Source: an uncultured Verrucomicrobiae bacterium (GTDB lineage Bacteria > Verrucomicrobiota > Verrucomicrobiia > Limisphaerales > Palsa-1400). From it: a DNA stretch of 64,000 nt. A program made the translations under genes and the position numbers. The DNA is taken from positions 3,200,001 to 3,264,000 of the forward strand of contig OY969763.1 of assembly GCA_963702845.1 (NCBI GenBank). The letters are read 5' to 3'. Positions 10,359 to 20,891 of this stretch are shown in pieces (positions within the stretch are counted from its first letter, which is position 1; every line of letters starts with the position of its first letter). The notes under the pieces are model-generated. The model had not been told where the DNA came from, made no database searches, and was given only the letters and a program-made list of their open reading frames with translations.

Positions 10359-12362
10359 TCACGCCCGTTCGCTCGACGGTCGACACAGGTTTCGTTGCAA
10401 CTGCTCGAGCACACAATGCATCTCTCGCGCTGAACCATACCGCTCCGCCGCATCCGGATGGCAGGCTTTCAATACGACGTTGTTCAACAGGAAAAAATCT
10501 GCCGGATCTTTCTCACTTAGTAATGTGGCAGATAATTCGGGAAACAACGCCGGGCTGCGCCCTGTGCTGATCACATAAAGGACCATTCCCAGAGCATAAA
10601 TGTCTGCTTGCGGTGTCCCCGGCCGTTCGGGTGCAGGCGGCATATAGCCGGGCGTTCCGACGAGCGTGTGTTCCTCGTTTGGCGACCGGATATAGGCGAT
10701 AAGTCCCAAATCAGCGAGTTTCGGTCGTCCATTCGCAAAGACAATGTTCTGCGGCTTGATGTCACGATGCGTCATCCCCGAGCGATGAATGAAATCGAGC
10801 GTATCAGTCAGAATTAATCCGATACGCAGGCACTCCTCAATCGGCAGCCGCCGCTGTGGTGCGCGCGCGCATTCCCGGCTCAAATCACGCGGCTTATAGG
10901 CATTGGGAAACTTCTCCCAGCTGGCTTCGAGCGAGTCTCCGAGTTCCATGACGTAGTAGAAATGGCTGTCGAATTTTTTACTAACGAACTCGACTCGCAA
11001 GAGACCGGAATGTTTATCGCAAATGTCGCGATAACGCGTGACGCCCTCAAACTCGCGGTCATAAGGTCCGGAATCGTTGTCGAACTTATCGAGACTAACG
11101 ACTTTGACCGCTCGCCATTCCCCCCGTTTATTTTGCGCCAGCCAAACGGTGCCATAAGCGCCTCGACCAAATGGCGGTTCCACCAACCGATAGCCGGGGA
11201 TCTCCGGAGCTTCAACAACTGGCGCGCGTTGATTTTCCGGCTGGATTGGTGTCGTCGCATCCGTGCGCGATGCGACCAATGTCCAGACAAAGGCGACGGG
11301 CAATTGTCCTGCAACCACCAGCAGCCACGGGAACCAATAATTTGTGGCAGAACTGAGCGCGATCGACAGAACGGTCACCAGCGCGGCGATGCAAATTGCA
11401 GAAACGCAGGCGAATCGTGTTCGCAGCTTCGGCAGACCCGCGCCGATCGCTAACGCAGCGAGCAGCAGGCCGATCCATTCCAAATACGCGGAACGACGCA
11501 GCCACTCGTGGTTCGTGAGGTTCAGAAACGATGCGATAACGATTTCTGTTCCGGCCGAAGATTCACCTGTCCAACGGCTATAAGGCGTCCGGAATTTATC
11601 GGGTTCATTGTCGGCAACGGACGTTTTCACTTGTGTGCCGATGAAAACGATTTGGCCACGAAAGAAATTCGCCGGCTGCTTGAGCGCGACACTGTAACTG
11701 AGGTGAGTCCATGGCGGTTCCTTCCCATAATAACGGAGCCAACGCTCATTTGTCGTATCGGGCAGTTTGGCGCCCAGCGCCCGAGCCGCCGTTTCTGCAA
11801 GACTCGGGTATGGGCCGGGCGCGGGGAATGGCCAATGATGTCGGACGATGTTGTCTGGATCAGGATCAAGCCATGCGACGCCCCAATTTGTCCCGGAAGC
11901 GCTGTAGAAAGGCTCCGTGGGAAGGACGGGGCGCACGCCGGCAAACTCGGAATGTGCCACCAGCGCTTGCTCGGCCATGAGCACGATATGCTGCTGCCGT
12001 CGCATCGCACGCGCGAGCGCTTCGTCTTTTTGCGCGTCGCGCGGCTGCCTAAAAAAGGAATCCATGACAACCATCGCGCAATGATCGTCCGCCAATTTGT
12101 TGAGCAGTTGTGCGTGTAACGCGCGGTCCCACGGTTCACCCCGCGTTTGATGGAGCGCGTCGTAAGACTCGTTGTCCATCATGATGAACGTGACGTTGTT
12201 GGTTGCGCCACGGTTGCCGAAGAAAAATGAGTAGTCGTAGCTGGCGTTAACGAGAGGATCGGCAAACGGAGCTTTCCAAAGCAGCAGGCCGCAAAGCGCA
12301 GTCAGCGCCAGTCCGATCAGCGATCGGACAGTTTTATTGCGCATCAAGCCGTGCGAATTCAC
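10359..12362 (-). CDS. CHASE2-domain membrane sensor fused to a Ser/Thr protein kinase
   Basis: PWDRALHAQLL..D..DPDPDNIVR (CHASE2-like), 3 TM segments, then GRGAYG, AVK, HRDIKPQN, DLG, GTPGYM kinase motifs. Confidence 0.88.
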   Translation of the reverse strand: MNSHGLMRNKTVRSLIGLALTALCGLLLWKAPFADPLVNASYDYSFFFGNRGATNNVTFIMMDNESYDALHQTRGEPWDRALHAQLLNKLADDHCAMVVMDSFFRQPRDAQKDEALARAMRRQQHIVLMAEQALVAHSEFAGVRPVLPTEPFYSASGTNWGVAWLDPDPDNIVRHHWPFPAPGPYPSLAETAARALGAKLPDTTNERWLRYYGKEPPWTHLSYSVALKQPANFFRGQIVFIGTQVKTSVADNEPDKFRTPYSRWTGESSAGTEIVIASFLNLTNHEWLRRSAYLEWIGLLLAALAIGAGLPKLRTRFACVSAICIAALVTVLSIALSSATNYWFPWLLVVAGQLPVAFVWTLVASRTDATTPIQPENQRAPVVEAPEIPGYRLVEPPFGRGAYGTVWLAQNKRGEWRAVKVVSLDKFDNDSGPYDREFEGVTRYRDICDKHSGLLRVEFVSKKFDSHFYYVMELGDSLEASWEKFPNAYKPRDLSRECARAPQRRLPIEECLRIGLILTDTLDFIHRSGMTHRDIKPQNIVFANGRPKLADLGLIAYIRSPNEEHTLVGTPGYMPPAPERPGTPQADIYALGMVLYVISTGRSPALFPELSATLLSEKDPADFFLLNNVVLKACHPDAAERYGSAREMHCVLEQLQRNLCRPSSERA

Positions 12363-12500
12363 CGTTGGTTGCGCGCATCATACCGGGGCATTCGAAAAAC
12401 GCATATTATAAATTCGACAATTTAGTTGAAAGAAAGAGCAGTTTTCCAACGTATATCCCTCCTGAGGCCATCTAACAACCCGGCCTCAGGCAAAACAACA

Positions 12501-13214
12501 ATGAACAACCGAACAAAAATAATGATGGGAATCGCCGCAACAACAGCATTGCTGGTGTCATGCTCGAGCGATCAAACAACGACCAAAGCACCCGCCACCA
12601 ACAAGACAAAGGCGCCCGTTGCGCAGGTCAATAATGTTGAAACAGTCCATGTAGGTCAGAACGTCACCTTGCAGACGAAAACATCCGGAGGGGTGCAGTT
12701 CCAATGGCTTAAGAACGGCAATCCTATTCCGGGTGCAACGGACAAAACCCTGACGTTGACAGATGTTCAACCTGCAGATGGCGGCTTCTATTCTGCTGAC
12801 TACAAAAATAGCGGCGGCAAAAGATTTATGTCGCCGACAACAACTGTGCAGGTAATAGCATTGGACTCTGGTGTTCTTACCATCTATGCACCTCCGACCC
12901 CCGGTATGGGAGGCTCTGGGACAGGTTGTCCAGGCACCTACGTCGGCCTGGTCAACTACACGAAAACTATCGCCAACGGCTGGGGGTGGAAGCCCGACTT
13001 GACCACTAACATTCATACCGCCTGCGATCCTTATATGAGCGGCACGAAAGTTGAATATCTCGGGAAATCAGCTGATCGCGGTTGCGACACGAATTGCGTC
13101 ACGATCACGAGCAGTCCTCCTTCGAGCACCGCTTATCGTTTTACGATCTATTTTCGGACGGGACCTGTCCCCACCACGAACTACCCGATCCAGTTGCACG
13201 GTTTTCTCCCGTAA
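12501..13214 (+). CDS. Putative lipoprotein with an Ig-like domain and a Cys-containing C-terminal domain
   Basis: MNNRTKIMMGIAATTALLVSC lipobox-like sequence; FQWLKNGNPIPGAT..LTLTDVQPADGGFYS Ig-like motif. Confidence 0.75.
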   Translation: MNNRTKIMMGIAATTALLVSCSSDQTTTKAPATNKTKAPVAQVNNVETVHVGQNVTLQTKTSGGVQFQWLKNGNPIPGATDKTLTLTDVQPADGGFYSADYKNSGGKRFMSPTTTVQVIALDSGVLTIYAPPTPGMGGSGTGCPGTYVGLVNYTKTIANGWGWKPDLTTNIHTACDPYMSGTKVEYLGKSADRGCDTNCVTITSSPPSSTAYRFTIYFRTGPVPTTNYPIQLHGFLP

Positions 13215-13230
13215 TGGTTCAGAATTTCGG

Positions 13231-13303
13231 CCCGCGCCCCAGCGCGAAAGGCGCGTTGGGGTTCGGGTTGTTCAGGAGTGGGGATAGTTTACTCTCCCCA
13301 CTC
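13231..13303. terminator. Two hairpins between convergent genes (possible bidirectional terminator)
   Basis: CCCCAGCGCG/CGCGTTGGGG and GAGTGGGGA/TCCCCACTC stems between stops at 13214 and 13307. No strong U-tract. Confidence 0.45.
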
Positions 13304-13306
13304 TCA

Positions 13307-16300
13307 CTAAAATGACAGGCGCAGCTGAGTCATAAGCGTGCGACGATGAGGGAATTCTTCGTGTAGGTTCAGCGGATTCAAATGATAATCCTGATCCGCC
13401 ACGTTAAGCAGTGCTAACGTAACTTCCGCACGACGATGTAAGAAGCGATAACCTCCAAATATATTCATCTGCCAAAAATCGTCACCGGGTAGATCAGGAA
13501 CATATCCCTCGTTGTTTTGACTGTTCCAAATGCCTTCGGCCAAGGCGAAAAACCCGCTCGGATGATTGAAATTACTGCTCAAACGGACTTGATGAAGCAC
13601 GGCTTCGTTTCGATGTCTTGGTTGAAAATTACCGAACGTGGTGTGATCGGGCATCTGATAGAAATTTTCCTGAAACGTTGCATCGCTGACCCGATATTGG
13701 GCACCGAACGACCAAAGCGTTCCGACCAACTGGTTCGCCGTGAACTGAAGACTATCTTCGGTATAGTCGACTTTGTCGCGCATGCCTGATGGCCTGGCGA
13801 AGTCGAACTCATCGATCAAATAATCGTAAGTGTTGACCAGCTTGCGGACATTCGAATTCAGGATAGTTCCATAAATCGCCAGATAGGTCCCCGTCGGCAG
13901 TTTCTGCTCGAGGGAGAGGTTAAATGTCTCGAACGTCGCTCCCGCGCTTTCAGATGCTACAGATTCCGGGATGATGCTGCGAAAGGCCTGGGGGAAACCA
14001 GCCACCTGCGAGGGCTCTATTTGCAGGCTTTGGTCAAGCTGACTCCCTGCAACTGATGTCGTGTAAGCGAAGCGAACCGTCGTCAACTTCAGTGGTGTCC
14101 AGATCAAGCCAGCCTTGGGCGAGAATCGCTCGATCGAACGCTCAATACTGAGCAGCGGGCTGCCTTGGACCGCTTCCGGGAACTTCATCACGTCATACGC
14201 CAGGCCCCCGTCCAACTGTAGGCACTCAAGAACATTCCAGTTGTGATATGCATAAAGGCTCAGCCGATCGAAATGGGTGTGAATATCCTGATCAGCGACT
14301 GGAATGACGAAGGCGGATGCTAACATTGAAGGATACTGCTCGAAGTTTTTCGTTTCCTGTTCCCCATGCTGAACACGGCAACCCAACACTGTGTTGTGCT
14401 CGGCTGTCTGCCAGATCTGTTGAAGCTCGCCAGAATACAGCGTCAGCCTGTTTGTGAAAATCACCGGAAAAAGCGAAATATTGTCAGCCGACACCAGCGT
14501 TGGTTTTCCAGACGGGTCGTCGGGAAAAATGCGAAGGTAAGAGTTAATGCCACCTGACAAGAGGCCAAAATCATCATCCGTGCGACTGGCCAGAAAAAGG
14601 GTGTGAACGCCAGGACTCCATTCGTGATGGTAACCCAGATACGCCGTCGGATGCTGCGTCTCAAACGTTTGATAACGCAATGGATTTTTCGGATATGTAT
14701 AGTATTGAAACAGGTTGCCGGTGCCAATGTCAGCATCAACGACCTGGCCAAACAGAGAATCTTTGGGAGTAATCTGTTCCTTCAATGTCAGATATAGGAT
14801 ACGCTGTTCGTTCTGTTGGTTGGATTGCTGACCGCGATCTGAAAGATAATCGGCTCCCACGTTGTAGCTGAACTTTTCAGAGATGCCATATTGCTCCCCG
14901 CGCTGTATCCACGCCCCGCGACTCAGGTATGTCGTGTCGGATGTGACCCCAAGCCTGTTCTGTTCAAAAAACCGCGAGTTTTGATTCTCAGCCAATTCTG
15001 GCGTGAGCGTTCCGGCGGATGCAGGCGAAAGCAAATTAGCGAGCAGATACTCGATTCGCTTGGGCGTCTCATAGCGGCGAGCTAGCGTGTCAGGGTCAAT
15101 CAATTCGGCGTAACTGTTCGCCAGAAACAAATGCGCCGAATAATTCCCGTAGTCGTAGTTGACGCTGCGTGAGGCTTCACGATAGGCCACGTCATTCATC
15201 CCGGCATCCCGATAAATCGATGCCAGGTTCGCGCTGCGCACCGCCTGGTCCTGGTCCAGCAGCAATTGCGAACGGTAAACGCTCAGGTTGTTGTTCAGCG
15301 CTTGCGATGTTTCCAGATCGCGGATGGCGTCGTTGATTTCGTTCTTGTTGCGTTTGACCAACGCCGAATACAGCCACGCCGTCGGATCATTTGGGTCAAG
15401 CTTCTTTGCCAAACGCAGTTCTTTTTCGGCGCGCGGATAATCGTTCACCGTCGCGTAAGCCTTGCCTAAATAACTGCGCAATTCAGCGCGTTGCGGTTCC
15501 AGCGCAGCCGCGACTAACAAGTCATCCTTACCTGCTTTGATGTCGTTCATCTGGATCTTGCACAAGCCGCGTCCGAGCCACGCGTTGGCCATCGCGCCAT
15601 CAACGGCAATCGCACGATCAAACCAATCGATTGCTTCGCATGGCTTATTTTGGCCCGCGAGAATAAAACCTTTCAGTGACAATGCTTCCGGATTGCGCGG
15701 CGTGAACTCGAAGCTCTTGTTCAAGGCTTCGAGGGCTTTATCCGTCCGGCCAAAGCTAAATTCCAACTCGGCCACGCGCGCCCATGCGAAACCGGACTCT
15801 GGCGACTGTTGTGCCGCGCGCTTTGCCAAATCCAATGCCGCTTTCAGTGAAACGTCCGGAATGGCGCGAGACTGTTCGTAATAAGAACGCGCCAGCAGTT
15901 CAGACGTGAGCTTCGTCTCGCCAGAAGCCGGCGGAGCCTGCCGCTTGACCGCTGCGACGAGTGTTCGCAATGAGACAGCCCGCGCATCCGCGCCTTGCAG
16001 GGAGGCCAAATCTACTTGTGCTTTTTCAACCTGTCCGACCCCAAGCAACAAAGCCGCATGATAAATCGACGCGCTATCGGACGCAGGGGGTTGGCTTGGA
16101 AAATTTGCCAGCGCCTGAAGCACGTCGCCGCGCCGATATTCAATCAACGAATCAGAAAACGTTTTCTGTTCGTCATTACTGAAGTTCAAATCTGCCGGGT
16201 CCAGCACGACAGGATAATACAACGCCCATTGCAAAAGATTGTTCGCGATGAATCCCGTGCCGCGCACCGGCTCCTGGCCGACAGCGGCAGTTGCTTGCTC

Positions 16301-16942
16301 GCCGTTGGTCAGCACCAAAGTCGAATGTTCGTTCCCAAAACTCACCTTGCCATCGATCACTGACACCGTGCTTCGCTCCGTCTCATTCACTGCCAGCACA
16401 AACTCTGTGCCTTCAACCCCCGCGATCGCACCGCGCGTGATCACACGGATGCGCCCGGGACGGTCGCGATGAAAGAACGACGTGATTCCTTTCAGCAAAT
16501 GCAGACCGTTGTCGGCTCCAGTCTCATGCGGCTCCAACACCTCCACTTCGGTCGACGCACCAAACGACATGACGCTTTGACCCGACCATCGTAGGGCGAC
16601 GCGGCTGTCCGGTCCGGTCCGCAAACGATCAAACGCATGCAGCCATTGGTTCGTTTGTGCCACCCGCCAGTCCGCGGTGTTTCGCGCCAGCACCTGGACC
16701 TTGCCTTGAATCTCGACGATCCGAATTTGATTGGTTGCTGGCGACTCTTTCGCCAGAGCGGTTGTGACGGTTGATAAAATCAATGCAGCCGCCGCGTACA
16801 ATAAAACACATCTGCGATTGTTGGTTGTCAATCGATGCCTGTTGGTTGTCGCATGCAAAACACATGCGGGGTTGAGCGGCGTAATTTGCCGACCCGCGAA
16901 GTTTTTGCAATCCAAACCTGCCCAACCGTTCTTTGACTGCAC
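13307..16942 (-). CDS. FecR-domain + TPR + TonB-dependent-receptor-like outer-membrane beta-barrel protein
   Basis: DRLRTGPDSRVAL..AGVEGTEF..VSVIDGKV (FecR), TPR block, aromatic beta-strand-rich C-terminal half ending in LRLSF. Start uncertain. Confidence 0.8.
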   Translation of the reverse strand: MQSKNGWAGLDCKNFAGRQITPLNPACVLHATTNRHRLTTNNRRCVLLYAAAALILSTVTTALAKESPATNQIRIVEIQGKVQVLARNTADWRVAQTNQWLHAFDRLRTGPDSRVALRWSGQSVMSFGASTEVEVLEPHETGADNGLHLLKGITSFFHRDRPGRIRVITRGAIAGVEGTEFVLAVNETERSTVSVIDGKVSFGNEHSTLVLTNGEQATAAVGQEPVRGTGFIANNLLQWALYYPVVLDPADLNFSNDEQKTFSDSLIEYRRGDVLQALANFPSQPPASDSASIYHAALLLGVGQVEKAQVDLASLQGADARAVSLRTLVAAVKRQAPPASGETKLTSELLARSYYEQSRAIPDVSLKAALDLAKRAAQQSPESGFAWARVAELEFSFGRTDKALEALNKSFEFTPRNPEALSLKGFILAGQNKPCEAIDWFDRAIAVDGAMANAWLGRGLCKIQMNDIKAGKDDLLVAAALEPQRAELRSYLGKAYATVNDYPRAEKELRLAKKLDPNDPTAWLYSALVKRNKNEINDAIRDLETSQALNNNLSVYRSQLLLDQDQAVRSANLASIYRDAGMNDVAYREASRSVNYDYGNYSAHLFLANSYAELIDPDTLARRYETPKRIEYLLANLLSPASAGTLTPELAENQNSRFFEQNRLGVTSDTTYLSRGAWIQRGEQYGISEKFSYNVGADYLSDRGQQSNQQNEQRILYLTLKEQITPKDSLFGQVVDADIGTGNLFQYYTYPKNPLRYQTFETQHPTAYLGYHHEWSPGVHTLFLASRTDDDFGLLSGGINSYLRIFPDDPSGKPTLVSADNISLFPVIFTNRLTLYSGELQQIWQTAEHNTVLGCRVQHGEQETKNFEQYPSMLASAFVIPVADQDIHTHFDRLSLYAYHNWNVLECLQLDGGLAYDVMKFPEAVQGSPLLSIERSIERFSPKAGLIWTPLKLTTVRFAYTTSVAGSQLDQSLQIEPSQVAGFPQAFRSIIPESVASESAGATFETFNLSLEQKLPTGTYLAIYGTILNSNVRKLVNTYDYLIDEFDFARPSGMRDKVDYTEDSLQFTANQLVGTLWSFGAQYRVSDATFQENFYQMPDHTTFGNFQPRHRNEAVLHQVRLSSNFNHPSGFFALAEGIWNSQNNEGYVPDLPGDDFWQMNIFGGYRFLHRRAEVTLALLNVADQDYHLNPLNLHEEFPHRRTLMTQLRLSF

Positions 16943-16988
16943 TAGTCAATAAAATTGCAAAACACCGTGGGGTTGCGATACATAGTCC

Positions 16989-17612
16989 ATGCCCAATCAT
17001 CGAGACGAGTTAATTCCTACGCGCGCGTCGCTCCTGGCGCGTCTCAAGAATCTCGAAGACCACGACAGTTGGCAGGATTTCTTTGATACCTATTGGAAGC
17101 TCATCTACGGCATCTGCGTAAATCGCGGGCTGACCCCAACCGAGGCCGAAGATGTCGTCCAGGAAACCATGTGCACCGCGATGAAGTCGATGCCTGGCTT
17201 CAAGTATGATCGAAGCGTCGGCTCTTTTAAGTCGTGGCTGTTGAATATGGTCCGTTGGCGCATCGCTGACCAATTCCGAAAACGATCGGTCGTTCGAAAT
17301 TTACCCCAGGATACTGGAATTGATGGTTCCGATGGCCTTGACGAACTTGTCGATAAACAAACCGAAGATTTCCAGGCGGTTTGGGATCAACAGTGGGAAC
17401 AGGCGCTTTTCGATGCCGCCGTCGACAAAACCAGGCGTGCGATCGACCCGGAAAAATATCGGGTGTTTGATCTCCTGGTGAACCATCAATGGCCCGCCGC
17501 CAAAGTAGCCGAAAACCTCAAAGTCTCTGTTGACCACGTTTATCTCGTCAAACACCGCGTGACTCAGCTCGTCAAAGCGGAAGTCGAGAGGCTCAAGCAG
17601 CATGTGACTTAG
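16989..17612 (+). CDS. ECF-family RNA polymerase sigma-70 factor
   Basis: TRASLLARL..WQDFFDTY..AEDVVQE..GSFKSWL (region 2) and C-terminal HTH KVAENLKVSVDHVYLVKHR. Confidence 0.92.
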   Translation: MPNHRDELIPTRASLLARLKNLEDHDSWQDFFDTYWKLIYGICVNRGLTPTEAEDVVQETMCTAMKSMPGFKYDRSVGSFKSWLLNMVRWRIADQFRKRSVVRNLPQDTGIDGSDGLDELVDKQTEDFQAVWDQQWEQALFDAAVDKTRRAIDPEKYRVFDLLVNHQWPAAKVAENLKVSVDHVYLVKHRVTQLVKAEVERLKQHVT

Positions 17613-18235
17613 CCACAGGGGCTTGAGGTCGCGACATTAGATTTTCCAGATTTTTTGAAAGATTCTTTGGAAGTCAGCCGTATCCATGGTGTGGGCGATC
17701 GCTGTGCGAGGCCGCATCGGTGCGAGCCCTGCTAACGGGAAGCGCGTTATCCACAAATTCGCAACCTCGGGTTGGCGTTTGCGGAGAACGTCTTATGTGT
17801 TGCAAATGGGGCTGGGGAAACTGTTGTGCTTCGGCACAACAGCTCCCTCGGCATGGCTTTTGATCCATGCTACTTGGACAACGCCGCTGCCAGCGGCTCC
17901 GGTTGGAGAATACGTGAAGCGTCGTACGGCATGCGAGGCCGACGTTCGGCTCCTCTGCCGCTTTGGATTTCTTCAAACGCCCTATTAAATCGAAAAAACC
18001 AACAACCCGATAAAACGCCTGTTTCCACTACCCACCCGCTACCCCTCCACTATTTCTCGGAACCCAGATGTAACTCTGCCTGAATAAAACGGCGATAGTT
18101 CCCGCTTGCATAACGACCCAGCCTGTCGCGTCGAACCGGACGGGAGCCCGTCGAGGCGTCCGTGGGAAGGAAATCAGCAGTTGGTTGTTTCAGTCGGGCG
18201 GAATCAGTGCGAGAATCGCGGGCTGGATTGCCATT

Positions 18236-18946
18236 ATGAAAATTTCATCCGCCATATTTGATCGTAGCGCTCCGGATCTGGATTCGTGTCCCGACGAGTC
18301 GCTGGCGGAATTCGCCTTTATCGGGAGGTCGAACGTGGGGAAGTCCTCGCTGCTGAACATGCTCGCGGGCAAAGACGGTTTGGCGCGCGTATCTCCCATG
18401 CCGGGCTTCACCAAGCTGATCAACATTTTCACGATCAACAAGAAATGGCGGTTGGTGGATTTGCCTGGCTACGGGTTCGCGCAGGTGGCGCGGCAGGACA
18501 GCGACCGGTTCAACCAAGCGGTGCTCCGCTACCTGGAACACCGGAAGAATCTTTCCGGCGTCTTCGTGCTCATCGACTCGAGCGTGCCTCCGCAGGAAAT
18601 TGATATCGACTTCCTGAAGTGGCTCACGGGCCGCTCAATCCCGTTGGTTCTGGTTTTTACCAAGACCGACCGGATGTCGCCCTCAAAAGTGCAGGCGAAC
18701 ATCGCGACGTTCACCGATCGCATCGCGACGTCGTTTGAAGCGCTGCCGGAGATTTTCACATGCTCAGCAAAGACCGGGGCGGGCCGGAATGAACTGCTGG
18801 AAATGATCGACCAGTCGCTGGCCGCAGAGCCGCTCGAAAGTTCCGCGGAGACGGAGTCGGTGACAGACGGCGAGTCAGCCGTTCCCGAGAAAATAATCGC
18901 GCCCGTGAATCACCCCGAGCATCTGAAGCGCACGCGCCCGTGGTGA
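18236..18946 (+). CDS. engB: Ribosome biogenesis GTP-binding protein YihA/YsxC
   Basis: EFAFIGRSNVGKSSLLN, DLPGYGFA, TKTD motifs. Confidence 0.92.
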   Translation: MKISSAIFDRSAPDLDSCPDESLAEFAFIGRSNVGKSSLLNMLAGKDGLARVSPMPGFTKLINIFTINKKWRLVDLPGYGFAQVARQDSDRFNQAVLRYLEHRKNLSGVFVLIDSSVPPQEIDIDFLKWLTGRSIPLVLVFTKTDRMSPSKVQANIATFTDRIATSFEALPEIFTCSAKTGAGRNELLEMIDQSLAAEPLESSAETESVTDGESAVPEKIIAPVNHPEHLKRTRPW

Positions 18947-19045
18947 GATTGCAAAGTGGGCGGTTAAAAACGACGTCGTATTGACAAATTGACTCCCCGT
19001 TGCAACCCGACGAGTCATCCGAACTGACGCCGATTGTTCTGCTTT

Positions 19046-20767
19046 TCACAACCGATGCGATCGCCTTTTTTGCTGCGGATGCAGAAACTTTTCCGCCTCC
19101 TCGGCGGCCTGTTGTTTTTGGTCCCCACTCATTTCAAATTCCAGCCGTTCTCGTACGGCGCGAACCCTTTTGTCGTTGCTTCCACTCACAATGAACCATT
19201 TAAGAGCTTCGACCTGGTTCGTTTCGACTCCTTCGCCCATAGCGTTCATCACTCCGAACAGGACCTGGGACGAAGCGTCCCCCTGGTTTGCCGCCTTCAG
19301 ATACCATTTCGCCGCTTCGACCTTGTTCTGTTCCACACCCTCGCCCTTGTAATAGGTGGCAGCCAGCGCCTGTTGGAACTTTACGTCACCGTGTTCTGCT
19401 GCCCTGCGCGTCCAGTAAACACCTTTGCTTGTATCCTTTATTATAACATCACCAGCGAAATACAGCGTCGCGAGCAGCTTCTCGGCTTCGATATCGCCGT
19501 GGTCGGCGAGCATCGTCAACCATCTCACACCCTCTTCTTTATTCGTTTTTACCCCCTCCCCTCGAAAATACAGGCCGGCCAGGACTTTCTGGGCTTGCGG
19601 ATCCCCTTGTTCTGCCGCTGTCGTAAACCAACGCAGACCCTTTTCAATGTTAGTGGCAACCCCCTCGCCTTGAAAATACATAGAGCCAAGCAATTTCTGC
19701 GAAGTCAGATCGCCTTGCTCCGCCGCTTGTGTGATCCAATCCGCAGCGAGACTTCTATTCCGGCCCACTCCTCCCTCGCCGTGAAAGTACATCGCGCCCA
19801 AAAGCGTGTACCTTGTAAGATCGGGTCGGTTGGAATTTAACGCGGGTTTTAACAAAAAAACCATAACGGCACAGATTCCCGATGAAAGAGCCCATCCGCG
19901 AATGCGAGTTAAGGCGTTCCGCTCGACATCCTGCAATGGCCGCGCCCCCAGATAGCCGAATATCAGGCCCGCAATCAGCCCGCCCGCGTGCGCAGCGATA
20001 TCAATCCCGCCGCCACCGGCGTGAGAATTGGAACCATTCACCGAATTGATGATGTTATTCGCCGCTTGATTTACGGCGGACAACAGGCCGTACAACACGT
20101 TATAAGCAATGAACACGGTGGCTCCTTTACTTACTGACGCAACCGTGCCGCTCGGCAGACCACCCTTCTCTCTCGCCATATATCCGAGCAGAGCACCATA
20201 AACTCCGAAGATAGCTCCCGATGCACCCGCTGACACTATCATCGGATTAAACCACAATGAGGTGAGGCTGGCCGCCAAACCGGACGCCAGATAAATCAGC
20301 AGGAAAAACCAGTTGCCGAAAAGTCTTTCCGTTAGCTTTCCAGCTTGAAGCAAAGCGTACAGGTTGCACGCCAGATGGACCACGCCTATATGAAGGAAGC
20401 AACTGCTCAACAAACGCCACCACTGATGGTTCGTCACTGTCAGGGGACCAAAATCTGCCCCCCATGCTATCAATTTTGCTATCGACGGACTGAATATCGT
20501 TTGAGCATCCACCGATACGAGCAGGAACAAGATCACATTAAGCCCGACTATCGCGGGTGTAACCCATGCCCTTGGGGTGACGGCCGCGAGCGAGCGCATG
20601 AACTCAACCTTGCTCTCATCGATAGCGATGATCTCGGGTGGGGAATCAGAACCTTTGGCACCTTTGTTCGAGACCGGCGCTTCGGACTTAAACTCGCTCG
20701 TGCCGCACTCGCGGCAACTCAGAGTTGAATCGTCATTCTCTTTCCCGCACCACGTACAGATCTTCAT
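19046..20767 (-). CDS. Rhomboid intramembrane serine protease with N-terminal zinc ribbon and C-terminal Sel1-like repeats
   Basis: CTWC..CREC; WWRL..FLHIG..HL..N; GASG and AHAGG catalytic motifs; about 6 Sel1 units (AAEQGD..LG.MY..GEGV). Confidence 0.9.
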   Translation of the reverse strand: MKICTWCGKENDDSTLSCRECGTSEFKSEAPVSNKGAKGSDSPPEIIAIDESKVEFMRSLAAVTPRAWVTPAIVGLNVILFLLVSVDAQTIFSPSIAKLIAWGADFGPLTVTNHQWWRLLSSCFLHIGVVHLACNLYALLQAGKLTERLFGNWFFLLIYLASGLAASLTSLWFNPMIVSAGASGAIFGVYGALLGYMAREKGGLPSGTVASVSKGATVFIAYNVLYGLLSAVNQAANNIINSVNGSNSHAGGGGIDIAAHAGGLIAGLIFGYLGARPLQDVERNALTRIRGWALSSGICAVMVFLLKPALNSNRPDLTRYTLLGAMYFHGEGGVGRNRSLAADWITQAAEQGDLTSQKLLGSMYFQGEGVATNIEKGLRWFTTAAEQGDPQAQKVLAGLYFRGEGVKTNKEEGVRWLTMLADHGDIEAEKLLATLYFAGDVIIKDTSKGVYWTRRAAEHGDVKFQQALAATYYKGEGVEQNKVEAAKWYLKAANQGDASSQVLFGVMNAMGEGVETNQVEALKWFIVSGSNDKRVRAVRERLEFEMSGDQKQQAAEEAEKFLHPQQKRRSHRL

Positions 20768-20891
20768 AAATACCGGTATACACAGCCCCCGGCGGTTGGC
20801 GATTGGTAATGGAAAGACCGATAACAGTCCGTCCCGCCGAGATCAAGGCTCAACCGTTTTCCGATAACCAAGCGTCTTATTGATGCGCCAC

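Noticed and set aside
12430..17690. Shared CGTAT motif (12450 and 17679) as ECF promoter -10 elements
   Set aside because: Too short, with no matching -35 element; cannot be supported by eye.
17686..18083. Short ORFs downstream of the ECF sigma as an anti-sigma factor
   Set aside because: No ZAS motif, TM segment or other recognisable feature; several overlapping frames are equally weak.
18110..18230. Possible SRP RNA or riboswitch upstream of engB (GGAAGGAAATCAGCAG)
   Set aside because: Only a loose resemblance to the SRP GGAAG..CAGC motif; I could not build the conserved helix.
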